DNA from: a virus
Taxonomy: Duplodnaviria > Caudoviricetes
IMG/VR virus record: IMGVR_UViG_3300020042_013351
Span: 1-64,000 of that record
Direction: 5' to 3' (one strand)
Length of the DNA: 64,000 bases
Shown here: positions 39,638-49,112 of the stretch, one piece after another
Numbering within the stretch: the first letter of the stretch is position 1
Layout of the letters: every line of letters begins with the position of its first letter
Translations under genes and position numbers: made by a program
Notes under the pieces: generated by a model
What the model was told of the DNA's origin: nothing
What the model saw: only the letters and a program-made list of their open reading frames with translations
Database searches by the model: none

Positions 39638-40671
39638 CTGTATTTTCTGTAAAGTTGCAAGCAGTATTGCTCAATTTCTTGTTTATTTTCAATCTCCAGC
39701 ATGGTTATGAAGTCGTGAATGGCTTGTTCAACATCAATTCCTGACAAATCTTTGCGATCATCCACATTGAGTTGTGATGCAGCACTGTTATAATCTACAC
39801 TCAACTGCAAAGGTTTGAGTGAACCTAGTTTGGTTACCAAGTAATCTGCATCTTCTGTGCTTACAACTCTGTCAATGATGAATCTGATGATGTTGTTGTT
39901 GCACAATTTGCGTAACAACAATGCATCAACTTGATTGTTGATGAGATTTGATAATTGCAGCTTGTAAATTAGTGGTGACTGTGTATTTTTATGAAATTCA
40001 AACTCATTGAATGAACTGTCATAAATGTAAAATCCCTTGACATTGCCACAGTCATTCAAGTCTGTTTGAAAAGGGTTGCCAACATACTTGATGGTTCCTG
40101 TTTCAAACACTCTGTCATCTCTAAAGTGAAAATGCCCACTCACAATCATGGGTGATTTTTGCAGCAATTCTTTGATGTTGAATCCATGCTCACAAACTCT
40201 GAAAGAGTTCATCTTGAATGTTTGAATTTCAAAATGACCAAATATTAAATCACATTGAGGTATATCATTGACATCAAAGCCCCATGGTACCATGCATGCA
40301 TGTTTGTTGCCAATGTAAATGCTTTGCACTTTGTCAAACACACAAATGTTTTGCCAACCACTGAACATGGCAAGTGAATGCACATCAGCTTTTTCTTTGT
40401 AATAACAATCATGATTGCCTGGAATCATGAACAGTCTGAATGGCCTGAATTTGTCCAAGATCTGGCAAGCTATGTGCATGCTGTTGACTGCCACTGCATC
40501 ACGATCATGAAAGAAATCACCACAAAAAATTACATCTTGTATTTTGTGGTGATGCAATTGTTGAACAAACCAATCAGCCCAGTCCAATGCAACTTTGTGC
40601 CACATGCTGCTGTTGCAGTGTACACCAATGTGCAAGTCGCTGAAAATGGCTACTTTGTTACTCAGATTCAT
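39634..40671 (-). CDS. Recombination nuclease, T4 gp47/SbcD-like
   Basis: FSDLH, CGDFFH, IPGNHD, GHFE, SGHFH; start set at MNLSNK. Confidence 0.92.
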   Translation of the reverse strand: MNLSNKVAIFSDLHIGVHCNSSMWHKVALDWADWFVQQLHHHKIQDVIFCGDFFHDRDAVAVNSMHIACQILDKFRPFRLFMIPGNHDCYYKEKADVHSLAMFSGWQNICVFDKVQSIYIGNKHACMVPWGFDVNDIPQCDLIFGHFEIQTFKMNSFRVCEHGFNIKELLQKSPMIVSGHFHFRDDRVFETGTIKYVGNPFQTDLNDCGNVKGFYIYDSSFNEFEFHKNTQSPLIYKLQLSNLINNQVDALLLRKLCNNNIIRFIIDRVVSTEDADYLVTKLGSLKPLQLSVDYNSAASQLNVDDRKDLSGIDVEQAIHDFITMLEIENKQEIEQYCLQLYRKYR

Positions 40672-41134
40672 CGTAGTATCTGTCAGAAGCATCATCACTT
40701 GTAGTTGGCTTGCTGTAAATAAACCCATTGCCTTCTGCACTGCTGGTCAGCATTTGCTTGTAATGACTTTCTCTGTAATCTTCCAGAGTTTGATGATGCT
40801 TTTTCTCTCGCTTGATTCTGTTGATGAATGCATGAAAAGCAATGGTAGTAAAATAACTGAAAGGATTACTCTCTGATGTTATGTTGTATTTTTTATGCTT
40901 GAGAGCAGCATACATCTTCACAAGAGCATCTCCTATCATCTCATCCTTGTATGTATAGTTGATGAAGCTGGGAGAGTAACTAAGACCTTTGGCAATCTTG
41001 TTGAGATATTCTCCTAGTGTTGAGGAGCAGTTGCTGGATCCATAAAATTCTTCAATTTCCTTCTTGAAGTTTGCTGGGTCTACATAAAATTCTTCTTTGC
41101 TGAACTTGGTTGTAGGTCTTTTAGTTTTAGACAT
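40658..41134 (-). CDS. Late transcription sigma factor, T4 gp55-like
   Basis: IAKGLSYSPSFINYTYKDEMIGDA and NPFSYFTTIAFHAFINRIKREK. Confidence 0.88.
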   Translation of the reverse strand: MSKTKRPTTKFSKEEFYVDPANFKKEIEEFYGSSNCSSTLGEYLNKIAKGLSYSPSFINYTYKDEMIGDALVKMYAALKHKKYNITSESNPFSYFTTIAFHAFINRIKREKKHHQTLEDYRESHYKQMLTSSAEGNGFIYSKPTTSDDASDRYYDESE

Positions 41135-41156
41135 ACAACATTATAATGTCGTAACA

Positions 41157-42608
41157 TCAGTTCTCAACTAACTTTGTTTGGGTGCAACTGATTTTTTCTG
41201 TTTCGTAGATCTTAGAACGTTGCTGGTGGTGACGAATACCATATTTAAGATTGTCTGCAATGTCTATAATGGTCAGCATTTGCTTGTTTTGTGATTTTCT
41301 GAGTCCACGCCCAATGCTTTGAACCACACGAATAAAGCTTTTGCCTCCTGCTGCAAAAATAATCATGTGAAGATTCTTGATGTTGATGCCTGTTGAGAAG
41401 ATGCTGCTCATGGCTATACACACAACGTTGTTGCATGCTTCTAACAGCTGTTTGCCAGCATTGCGTTGTTCCAATGAAGTATCACCATTGATGTATATGA
41501 CTTGTTTTTGAGTGCATTGCTGCAATGCATTGTATAAGCATTCACCATGCTGCAAGTGATTGATGAGTATCAAAATGTTGTTGTCATAATTTTTGCAAAT
41601 TTGCGTTATGACTCTGTTTCTAAACTCATTGTTGTATATGAAATCCAACTCTTTTCTGTAGTTTTCAGTCATGTGGGCATCACTATCATCATCTCGTGCA
41701 GCGTATTGTGGCAGAGCTTTGTATGTTATGTTGATTGCACTGACTTTTACATTGGTTAAAACTTGCTGTTCACGCAATTCAGCACTGGATTTAGTCATCA
41801 ACACCTTGCCTATCTTGCCCAACACACACCACAAATCCAATGCATCAACTGGCAAAGTTCCTGTGAATCCAAATTTGTTTTTGGTGTGTATTTTGTCAAT
41901 GATTTTGGTTATTGAATTGTTTTTCTTGATGGTGTGCACTTCATCTATGATCAATGCACCTGCATCTTTCAACCATTCAAAATTTTCAAACCTTGATAAC
42001 ACAATGTCATGATTGGCAATGATGATTTGAGCTGATGCATCCAAGTTGGGCGTTGTTCCAGTCCACAAGCACATGCGAGCTGTTACACCATAGCTTATGA
42101 AATCATTGTAGGTTTGATCTGCTAAACCAGGATCAGGAACCAAAATCAAAACATTGCTTTTGCATTGCAACAAACTGCATGCAAGTGATGCAGTTATGAG
42201 TGTTTTGCCTGCTCCTGTTCCTAGCACACATATGCCTCTGCCATTGTTGATGCAATGTTGCACAGCAGCGTGCTGGTAATCTCTCAATGACAAGTTGAGT
42301 TGTTCAAATACATTGGTTTGTATTTTGCTGCCGTACAGATTATCAAACAATGGTGTGCTGTTGACACTGGATGCAAGTTGCTCTGCAGCTACAAAATTGC
42401 GTATTTCATCTGCCATGCCAGGTTCAAACAGTCCTGTGGGTGTGATGGCATACAAACGCGAAGGCATGTGCCGCGCTTTGAGTTTATTTTTGATGAACTT
42501 CTTGGCTTTGTTTTCAATGCTGAAATGATGACGAATGTACTCAAACAAATTGCTGTCTGAGCACTTCAACACTGCTTTAGTTTTATCAGCATCAAATGTT
42601 ACATTCAT
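41157..42608 (-). CDS. uvsW: SF2 DNA helicase UvsW
   Basis: LRDYQ, GTGAGKT, IIDEVH, GFTGT, STGINI, QSIGRGLR. Confidence 0.9.
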   Translation of the reverse strand: MNVTFDADKTKAVLKCSDSNLFEYIRHHFSIENKAKKFIKNKLKARHMPSRLYAITPTGLFEPGMADEIRNFVAAEQLASSVNSTPLFDNLYGSKIQTNVFEQLNLSLRDYQHAAVQHCINNGRGICVLGTGAGKTLITASLACSLLQCKSNVLILVPDPGLADQTYNDFISYGVTARMCLWTGTTPNLDASAQIIIANHDIVLSRFENFEWLKDAGALIIDEVHTIKKNNSITKIIDKIHTKNKFGFTGTLPVDALDLWCVLGKIGKVLMTKSSAELREQQVLTNVKVSAINITYKALPQYAARDDDSDAHMTENYRKELDFIYNNEFRNRVITQICKNYDNNILILINHLQHGECLYNALQQCTQKQVIYINGDTSLEQRNAGKQLLEACNNVVCIAMSSIFSTGINIKNLHMIIFAAGGKSFIRVVQSIGRGLRKSQNKQMLTIIDIADNLKYGIRHHQQRSKIYETEKISCTQTKLVEN

Positions 42609-43000
42609 GATTGTTCAAGCTGCATCAACTGAATCACGTTTTTAATGTCATATGTTGCTGAGAAGAAATTCCTTTGCACACTCTCTAAAAATTCAATGAG
42701 TAGTTCTTGCTCTTGAATTTGCTCATTGATAATTTTCATATCTTCTGTGTTGCCTACAGCTCCTAACAAATTATTCTTACTGAATCTGATGGGTGATTCT
42801 GTTTCAACTTCCTTGGCAACATTCTTGTAAATATTATCTTTTTTGGTCTTGAGCTCTCTCAACTTGAGTTTATGTTCAATGCATCGTGCAGTCCAAAAAT
42901 GACGCCTGTTGGGCAGCTGTTTTGCTACCTGCGAGATGTTGATTTCATTGATGTCCAAATCTTGTTTGATTTGCTCTACATACTTGTGCAGTGTTTGCAT
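42605..43000 (-). CDS. uvsY: Recombination mediator UvsY-like
   Basis: 131 aa helical; LLIEFLE...YDIKNVI C-terminus; adjacent to uvsW. Confidence 0.7.
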   Translation of the reverse strand: MQTLHKYVEQIKQDLDINEINISQVAKQLPNRRHFWTARCIEHKLKLRELKTKKDNIYKNVAKEVETESPIRFSKNNLLGAVGNTEDMKIINEQIQEQELLIEFLESVQRNFFSATYDIKNVIQLMQLEQS

Positions 43001-43032
43001 AAATAACTATATACTATAATTTGTATAATTCC

Positions 43033-43263
43033 ATGATATTTAATCAAATATTCCGCAATACAATTGAAGAAAGCATGACTGCTGGTGGTGCTGACAGTGC
43101 TTTTGGACCTGGTGCCAACAGTACTGCATCTCAATTTTCCAAAGATAGTTATGCGCCTGGTGATGCAAGAAATGTTACTGGCAATGTTAAGATCAAAGTA
43201 CAACGCCGCAACTTTCCAGAGACCACTTTGAAGAAAAATAAAAAAATCAGCAAACCTGGTTGA
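43033..43263 (+). CDS. Small hypothetical protein, candidate internal head protein
   Basis: MIFNQIFRNTIEE start, then MTAGG; basic C-terminus. Confidence 0.55.
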   Translation: MIFNQIFRNTIEESMTAGGADSAFGPGANSTASQFSKDSYAPGDARNVTGNVKIKVQRRNFPETTLKKNKKISKPG

Positions 43264-43345
43264 TTTATATAAAAGGTGGTATTATATTCTCATGGGTGTG
43301 AGAGTTAATGTGTGGACTAATTATAGTTAATTGATATATAATTAG

Positions 43346-43768
43346 ATGAGTGAACTCGGCCATTGGCAATACAATTCAGAAGTACCTGATAGTTTTTATG
43401 GCTTTGTATATGAGATTACTAACCTTACCAACAACAAAGTATACATTGGCAAAAAGCAGAGTGTATTCAGACGCAAAAAAGCATTGCGCAAAGGCAAAAA
43501 GAAACGTGAAATAGTGATCAAGGAGTCTGATTGGAAAACATATACAGGCAGCAACAATGAGTTGAATAAAGACATTGCAGAGCTTGGCAAAGATAAATTT
43601 TGTTTCAACATTCTACGCTTTTGTGACAGCAAGTGGCAGCTGGCTTACTATGAAATTGAAGAACAAATCAAGCGTAATGTGTTGCTCAATGAAAATTTTT
43701 ACAATGGCATCATCAACTGCAGATTAGGCAGACCCAAAACAAAGACAGTTGATAAAGCAACACCATAG
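43346..43768 (+). CDS. GIY-YIG endonuclease
   Basis: GFVYEITN...VYIGKK, YTGS, YYEIEEQI, FYNGII. Confidence 0.8.
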   Translation: MSELGHWQYNSEVPDSFYGFVYEITNLTNNKVYIGKKQSVFRRKKALRKGKKKREIVIKESDWKTYTGSNNELNKDIAELGKDKFCFNILRFCDSKWQLAYYEIEEQIKRNVLLNENFYNGIINCRLGRPKTKTVDKATP

Positions 43769-43781
43769 TACATATACATGC

Positions 43782-44306
43782 ATGGTGTATAATTACCCAA
43801 TTTACAATGTTTCCATTTGCAACTTCAATGAGCTGTTTGAATTTGCAAAACAGCAGTTGCATGCACAGTGCATCAAGTATAAGTTAACCAAATGTGACAA
43901 TGATTACAAGAAGATGCTGATGCATTGCATTGTAAAAGCATGTTGTGATGTAGTTGCTCAACACAAAGATACCAAATTAGTATTTTTTGTGCAGCCATCA
44001 ACATTGCAATGCAATGATACACTCAACAACATCAAAGTATGTGCATGGATTGCAGGTATTCTCAAGACAATTCAGCGTTATTTGCCGCTCAAATGGTATG
44101 AATCTAGTCATGACTTAGATTACTTCAATGGCCTCATCAATCAAAACAAAGGCATCTCTTTTTTGCATCAAATCAGCAACAAACAAACCAAAACAAGCTA
44201 CACATTCAGCAGAGCTCAGCAGTTTGCCAAAAGATACAACTTGAATTTTCTGAGCCGTGTATGTTTTAATGATTTGAAAATGCAGTACGCTTTATTAAAT
44301 ACATAA
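43782..44306 (+). CDS. Hypothetical protein
   Basis: ORF in the + strand run; start set at MVYNYP. Confidence 0.5.
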   Translation: MVYNYPIYNVSICNFNELFEFAKQQLHAQCIKYKLTKCDNDYKKMLMHCIVKACCDVVAQHKDTKLVFFVQPSTLQCNDTLNNIKVCAWIAGILKTIQRYLPLKWYESSHDLDYFNGLINQNKGISFLHQISNKQTKTSYTFSRAQQFAKRYNLNFLSRVCFNDLKMQYALLNT

Positions 44307-44307
44307 C

Positions 44308-44754
44308 ATGAAAAGTAAGTTTGACTTGATTCTCAAAAATGCGCGCCTCAGATATTTGGTGCATGAACAAAATGAGCAAGAAGCAGCAGCCATTGCAGCA
44401 CAATTGGGTGGTCAAGCAGCTCCAGCTGATGCACAATCTGCACTGCCTGATGCAGCCATGCCAGAGGAACCACAGGAACCAGAAGAGGCACAGCAGATGA
44501 AAGACACAGACAAAGCTCTTTACAAGGATGCTGTTAATCATTTAGTTGAAGCTGTACATGATTTGATTATGAAGATCAAAGGAGATGAAGTGTCTATTGC
44601 AACTGTTCGATCACAATACATTGAAATCAATGACAGTGACTTCAGAGCCATCACAGGCACTGATGAAAACAACATTGCAGTCATTGTACAAAACATAGAC
44701 CAACTTGCCAACAAGATGCAATCTCCTTTTCAGCGTGATGCTATAAACTTATAA
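44308..44754 (+). CDS. Hypothetical late acidic protein, candidate internal head protein
   Basis: TAAATA at 44296..44301; MKSKFDLIL...LVHE start. Confidence 0.6.
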   Translation: MKSKFDLILKNARLRYLVHEQNEQEAAAIAAQLGGQAAPADAQSALPDAAMPEEPQEPEEAQQMKDTDKALYKDAVNHLVEAVHDLIMKIKGDEVSIATVRSQYIEINDSDFRAITGTDENNIAVIVQNIDQLANKMQSPFQRDAINL

Positions 44755-46043
44755 TGAATAAATTCATTCCATTGTCTGATGTCTATTCTAATTTGAATGG
44801 TATATATCATGCAAAGCCTGTGTTGCCAAAACCATTTAAATCTTTGCAGGAGACATACAAACCAAGTGTACCTGTTGTGAACAAAAGATTGTTTGTAATC
44901 TATGAAGATGTAGACATTGCTGCACATGATACTGCAAACAATGATTATGGAGAATATACAGTAGAAAAAGAGTGGTGGGACAATGTTATTACACATTATC
45001 TTGCCATGCAAAAGAAAAATCCCAACATTGGCAGTGACATCAAAAAGCTGTTTGATTTGTGTGTAAATAAAAAAGTTATCAAAACTGCAGAGACTGACAA
45101 ATATGTAAGTCAGTTGGATTACTTGACATCCATCATGAATTATATCTATGATGTTTCAGATAATGCAGGTGAAATTTTACAGAAAATGAAAAGCGAAAGT
45201 ATTTCAAGTGCATTCATTTCCTTTCTAAATTCTAATGTCAACAAAAAAGCCAACTTATTTGACTGGCTTGACAATGTATACAATGCTGATTTTGCCAAAG
45301 CTAAAGCACAAGTTATGACCAACATCTGGCAGTTGTTGCGCCCAGTAATTCCAGGTCAAACACGTGGCTATGCTGGGCCTGCAGAAGTACCCATTATATT
45401 GTTTTGTGGTGGTAAAAAAGCTGCAGTAGGTGATATTGATATCAATGGCAAGCAGTTGGAACTCAAGACTAATCGTGGACGCATTGGTACTTATTCTCCG
45501 TGGATTCAAAATAGAAAAGTAGTAGAAACATTCATCAATGGTTTTCAAGGTGAGCAGCCCAGCCAACCCATGAAAAAAACCAGCAATGAACAACAGGTGC
45601 GCAACCAGATGAATGAGATTGAAGATACAGTTGTTGATTTAATTGATAATGAAGCTCTGAGAGCAGTGAGCGTACAAAGCAGTTTTGCTGATGTACCCAG
45701 CGACATTGTTGCATCTGCAAAACTGTGCAAAGAGCAAAATATAATTACAAACAAACAACAAGCAGGTGCTTTCATAGGCATTTGTCAACTCATTGAATAT
45801 GCTGCTAATCAAAAGTTTGATTGGTTGGGCATCATAAAATCCAATGCAGATGGTTTAACAAAACCAAAAATGGGAACAATGTTCATTGTTTCAAGCGCAG
45901 AGCTGGTGAGTGCAACAGATGGTTTGTATGCGCCAGATAAGATTTACAAAATCATGCAAATATTGGCTTCCAGCAACATGGGATTCGAAAAAAATTATGA
46001 CAATGCTGGTTACGGCATTTCATTTAGATCACAAAAAGATTAA
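44754..46043 (+). CDS. PD-(D/E)xK nuclease-like protein
   Basis: GPAE...VGDIDINGKQLELKT catalytic-type motif. Confidence 0.55.
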   Translation: MNKFIPLSDVYSNLNGIYHAKPVLPKPFKSLQETYKPSVPVVNKRLFVIYEDVDIAAHDTANNDYGEYTVEKEWWDNVITHYLAMQKKNPNIGSDIKKLFDLCVNKKVIKTAETDKYVSQLDYLTSIMNYIYDVSDNAGEILQKMKSESISSAFISFLNSNVNKKANLFDWLDNVYNADFAKAKAQVMTNIWQLLRPVIPGQTRGYAGPAEVPIILFCGGKKAAVGDIDINGKQLELKTNRGRIGTYSPWIQNRKVVETFINGFQGEQPSQPMKKTSNEQQVRNQMNEIEDTVVDLIDNEALRAVSVQSSFADVPSDIVASAKLCKEQNIITNKQQAGAFIGICQLIEYAANQKFDWLGIIKSNADGLTKPKMGTMFIVSSAELVSATDGLYAPDKIYKIMQILASSNMGFEKNYDNAGYGISFRSQKD

Positions 46044-46726
46044 GATTGATTTGCTGAATAAAGCTTCTCAATGATGCCATCAAAATCATTGTTCATGGGT
46101 ATGCCATAGTAGTTGAAGAACGCTTGCTTGGCTTGAGTAAAGTTGTTAGCAGTTTGCAATCTTTGTCTGAACGCTGATGCTTTGTATGGTGCACCAGTGT
46201 CAGGATCCATTACATCAGCCATGACACGCACATATCCTCTGCCTTGACTTGCAGGCACTGCTGCATCACTCAAAGATTTATAAGGCTGCAAGAATGTGGG
46301 ACCTGGAGTTTTGATCTTCATATTGAGACCTGTGCTTTTGTCAATGTTTTTGAATTCAAATTTTGGTTTATCAGGTGGTATGGGGTGTTGATCTTTGTAT
46401 CCAACTGATATAATAAGAATGCTATCTGACGAACCCAGGTGAGCATAACTCTCGCCAGCATAAGGTGCTTTGACATTGATGATTTTATCAGCAGGGACAC
46501 CCATGAGCTGAGTCATTACTTGTTGTTTTTCAACAAAACTGAGAGGACTCTTGGGCAGTTTGACTGAGTCAGATGTTGCAATATATACACTGCCTTCACC
46601 ATATTCTTCTGCAAGCTTGTCATATACAGCTCTATGATGCTTCAGCATGGGCTGAAATCTACCAGGATAAACAACTACATATTGTGGATGTGTTTGTTCT
46701 AAAAAGAATTGTTCAAAGTTAATCAT
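46040..46726 (-). CDS. HUP/cytidylyltransferase-like nucleotidyltransferase
   Basis: YPGRFQPMLKHH (variant HIGH motif), IATS...SPLSFVEK. Confidence 0.7.
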   Translation of the reverse strand: MINFEQFFLEQTHPQYVVVYPGRFQPMLKHHRAVYDKLAEEYGEGSVYIATSDSVKLPKSPLSFVEKQQVMTQLMGVPADKIINVKAPYAGESYAHLGSSDSILIISVGYKDQHPIPPDKPKFEFKNIDKSTGLNMKIKTPGPTFLQPYKSLSDAAVPASQGRGYVRVMADVMDPDTGAPYKASAFRQRLQTANNFTQAKQAFFNYYGIPMNNDFDGIIEKLYSANQS

Positions 46727-47994
46727 ACGTCAAAACCTATTTCTGCAAGAGATGGAATGCTGCCGCGGCGGTATCGCCGCATGCCTAAAATTTGGTTGGC
46801 AGGTGCAAAAGCGCCTGTTATTTTGAAGAGTTTGCCTGGTGCATCTGGTGATGAGAAAACAACACCTTCCAGTGCTGATGCTACATTGCTGATGGCTTGT
46901 AACCTCTTCATATTGGATTGCAAGATTTGCATGCGCTGTTCACTGTGTGCATCTTGAGCTTGCTCCACTGCTGCAATGGTTTTTTTCAACTCTTTATGCA
47001 AGCGCTTGATCTCAGTGCTTTGATCTTTGACAAAGAAGGATGATACACCTTGCAACACTTTGAAGCTCAATTCAAACACCAAGTCCTTGATGGGATCAAC
47101 AGCTTGTGATTGCTTTTTGAGCTTGGAGTCTAATGTACAAAAGTCAGAAACAATGCCAGCATACTCTTTGTACTTTTTCTTGAGGGACACTGCAGTGTCT
47201 TCAGATTTTTCAGATACACACAATGCTATGTCAATGGAAGCAGCCATGGATACAACATCTTTGAGTTTTTGTTTGATTGTTGCATACACAAAGTCTCCAA
47301 TGGTGCTAGTATTGATGTCAATGCTGTATTTGGTGCAAAGTTGAGCAATGCCTTGCTCAAATTCACCGTACCCTTGCTCATCATAGTTGATGAGTTGTGT
47401 AATTTTTGGACCAGCCCACTCCCACACTTTCTCATTTTGCTTTTCAGTCTTGTTGTCCATCAACTTGACCAGTTGATCAAAATTAGCTTGCAGCAGCAAT
47501 GGCTCTTGACCTTTGGTAAATCTTGTCATACTGTGCATCACAATGTAGTTGCCAGAATATTGAATAACATTTGGATTTGAAGAATGCATGATTTCAGCAT
47601 TGACCCATGTATCACCATCATCACCAAACAATTTGCTTCTGATGTTGTCATCCAATGATTGCAATGCAGAGTTGATGACTGTGCCACCATCTGCAAATGC
47701 AAATTCAACTGCTCCACGCCCTGCAAATTTTTGACGCAGTTGCATTAAATTCATGCCACCACTTTTTATATCTCCTGTGTTGCGTGCAAACATGGTTTGA
47801 CCTTGTTGTTCATTCCATGTAAAGAAAATATTTTGCCCATCCACCTTTTCAATGGCATTGATTTCACCTTGCATGAGGCCCTTGAACATGTGCAGCATTG
47901 TTGAAAACGGCAAACTCATGTCTTCATACACAAACTGCATGTGACCAGCTGCACCACCTTCATTTAATATAAAAAATTTACCAAATGATATCAT
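46723..47994 (-). CDS. ATP-dependent ligase-fold (covalent nucleotidyltransferase) protein
   Basis: EKVDG (motif I), NAEIM (III), EGVVF (IV), LFKIT (V). Confidence 0.65.
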   Translation of the reverse strand: MISFGKFFILNEGGAAGHMQFVYEDMSLPFSTMLHMFKGLMQGEINAIEKVDGQNIFFTWNEQQGQTMFARNTGDIKSGGMNLMQLRQKFAGRGAVEFAFADGGTVINSALQSLDDNIRSKLFGDDGDTWVNAEIMHSSNPNVIQYSGNYIVMHSMTRFTKGQEPLLLQANFDQLVKLMDNKTEKQNEKVWEWAGPKITQLINYDEQGYGEFEQGIAQLCTKYSIDINTSTIGDFVYATIKQKLKDVVSMAASIDIALCVSEKSEDTAVSLKKKYKEYAGIVSDFCTLDSKLKKQSQAVDPIKDLVFELSFKVLQGVSSFFVKDQSTEIKRLHKELKKTIAAVEQAQDAHSEQRMQILQSNMKRLQAISNVASALEGVVFSSPDAPGKLFKITGAFAPANQILGMRRYRRGSIPSLAEIGFDV

Positions 47995-47999
47995 TCATG

Positions 48000-48011
48000 T
48001 ATTTATAAATA
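48000..48011. promoter_or_regulatory. Palindromic bidirectional late promoter
   Basis: TATTTATAAATA gives TATAAATA on both strands, each 5 nt from a start codon. Confidence 0.75.
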
Positions 48012-48016
48012 ATGTT

Positions 48017-48418
48017 GTGAATGACTTTGACAAACTCTATCAAAAAGCTGTAGTTATTGGGGTAAACTTGCCCATTGAGATACAAAACATTGGAACAATC
48101 AAGGCAAAAGCTGATACAGGCAACGATGGTCACTGCGTATTGCACGGTGTAAATGTTGATTTGCAGCAAGGCACAGTATCATTTGAAACTGTTGATGGCA
48201 AGCAAGTGCAATTTGCATGCAATGAAACCATTGATATCAACATTGGCAGCGGCAACATTGAAAAGAGACCAGTCATCAACTTGAACATAAAAATAAACGG
48301 AACACCCTATTCAAGTGTTCCGTTTTCTGTTGCTGACAGAAGCAGCAATGATGTTCCTGTTTTGCTGGGCAAGGACTTTCTTGCTCAACATCACTGCTTG
48401 GTGGATCCAAGCAAGTGA
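48017..48418 (+). CDS. Retropepsin-like protease (RimK-associated family)
   Basis: AKADTGN, EKRPVI, ADRS...VLLGKDFL; GTG start. Confidence 0.75.
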   Translation: MNDFDKLYQKAVVIGVNLPIEIQNIGTIKAKADTGNDGHCVLHGVNVDLQQGTVSFETVDGKQVQFACNETIDINIGSGNIEKRPVINLNIKINGTPYSSVPFSVADRSSNDVPVLLGKDFLAQHHCLVDPSK

Positions 48419-48421
48419 AGC

Positions 48422-49066
48422 TTAATATCGAGTCTGTGCAAATTCAATGAACTTGTAAAACTCTGCTCTGCTGGCACCACCACTGTCATCATGAAATGCG
48501 CCACTCACACGAGCTGTGCGCATGGTTGAGTCATGCTTGATGCCTCGATTGCTGCAACATGTATGATTGGCTTCAATCATGACTGCAACACCCTTGTTCT
48601 TTTCACATACCATGTCAACATAATCAAATATTTGTGAAGTCAGTGCTTCTTGAACCTGTGGGCGACGAGCAAACCAGTCCACAATGCGGTTGAGCTTGCT
48701 CAGTCCAATTACTTTGCCATCTTTGGCTGGAAGATATGCAACATGAGCGCGACCCGTGAACTGCAAATGATGATGAGAACACATGGAGACCACCTTGATG
48801 TTGTTTTGACACACCATGCCATCATAACCATCAATGTTATCAAAAGATGTAATGTCAGGTGGCGGTGAATAACAACCTGCAATGAGATCATTCACCCATG
48901 CTTTGGCTACACGTCTGGGAGTATCAGCACTGTTGGGATCATTCTTGAAGTCAAACTTCAATGCTTTCATAAATTCAGCATAATGCACAGCTGCTTGTTC
49001 AATCATATTCTGGCGCTCTTGTTCAGATTGCGGCAGGTTACCGTTGGCGTATTTGAGTAATTCCAT
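48422..49066 (-). CDS. folE: GTP cyclohydrolase I
   Basis: TPRRVAKAW, SMCSHH, GLSKLNRIV, RPQVQE, HTCCSNRGI; start set at MELLKY. Confidence 0.93.
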   Translation of the reverse strand: MELLKYANGNLPQSEQERQNMIEQAAVHYAEFMKALKFDFKNDPNSADTPRRVAKAWVNDLIAGCYSPPPDITSFDNIDGYDGMVCQNNIKVVSMCSHHHLQFTGRAHVAYLPAKDGKVIGLSKLNRIVDWFARRPQVQEALTSQIFDYVDMVCEKNKGVAVMIEANHTCCSNRGIKHDSTMRTARVSGAFHDDSGGASRAEFYKFIEFAQTRY

Positions 49067-49112
49067 AGTTACAATGTAATGTATTATGTGCATGTTTCAA
49101 CTAAATATATGT

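Noticed and set aside
43346-43768. GIY-YIG gene as an active mobile homing element
   Set aside because: Only 140 aa with no C-terminal DNA-binding module and no intron context. It fits a stand-alone endonuclease better.
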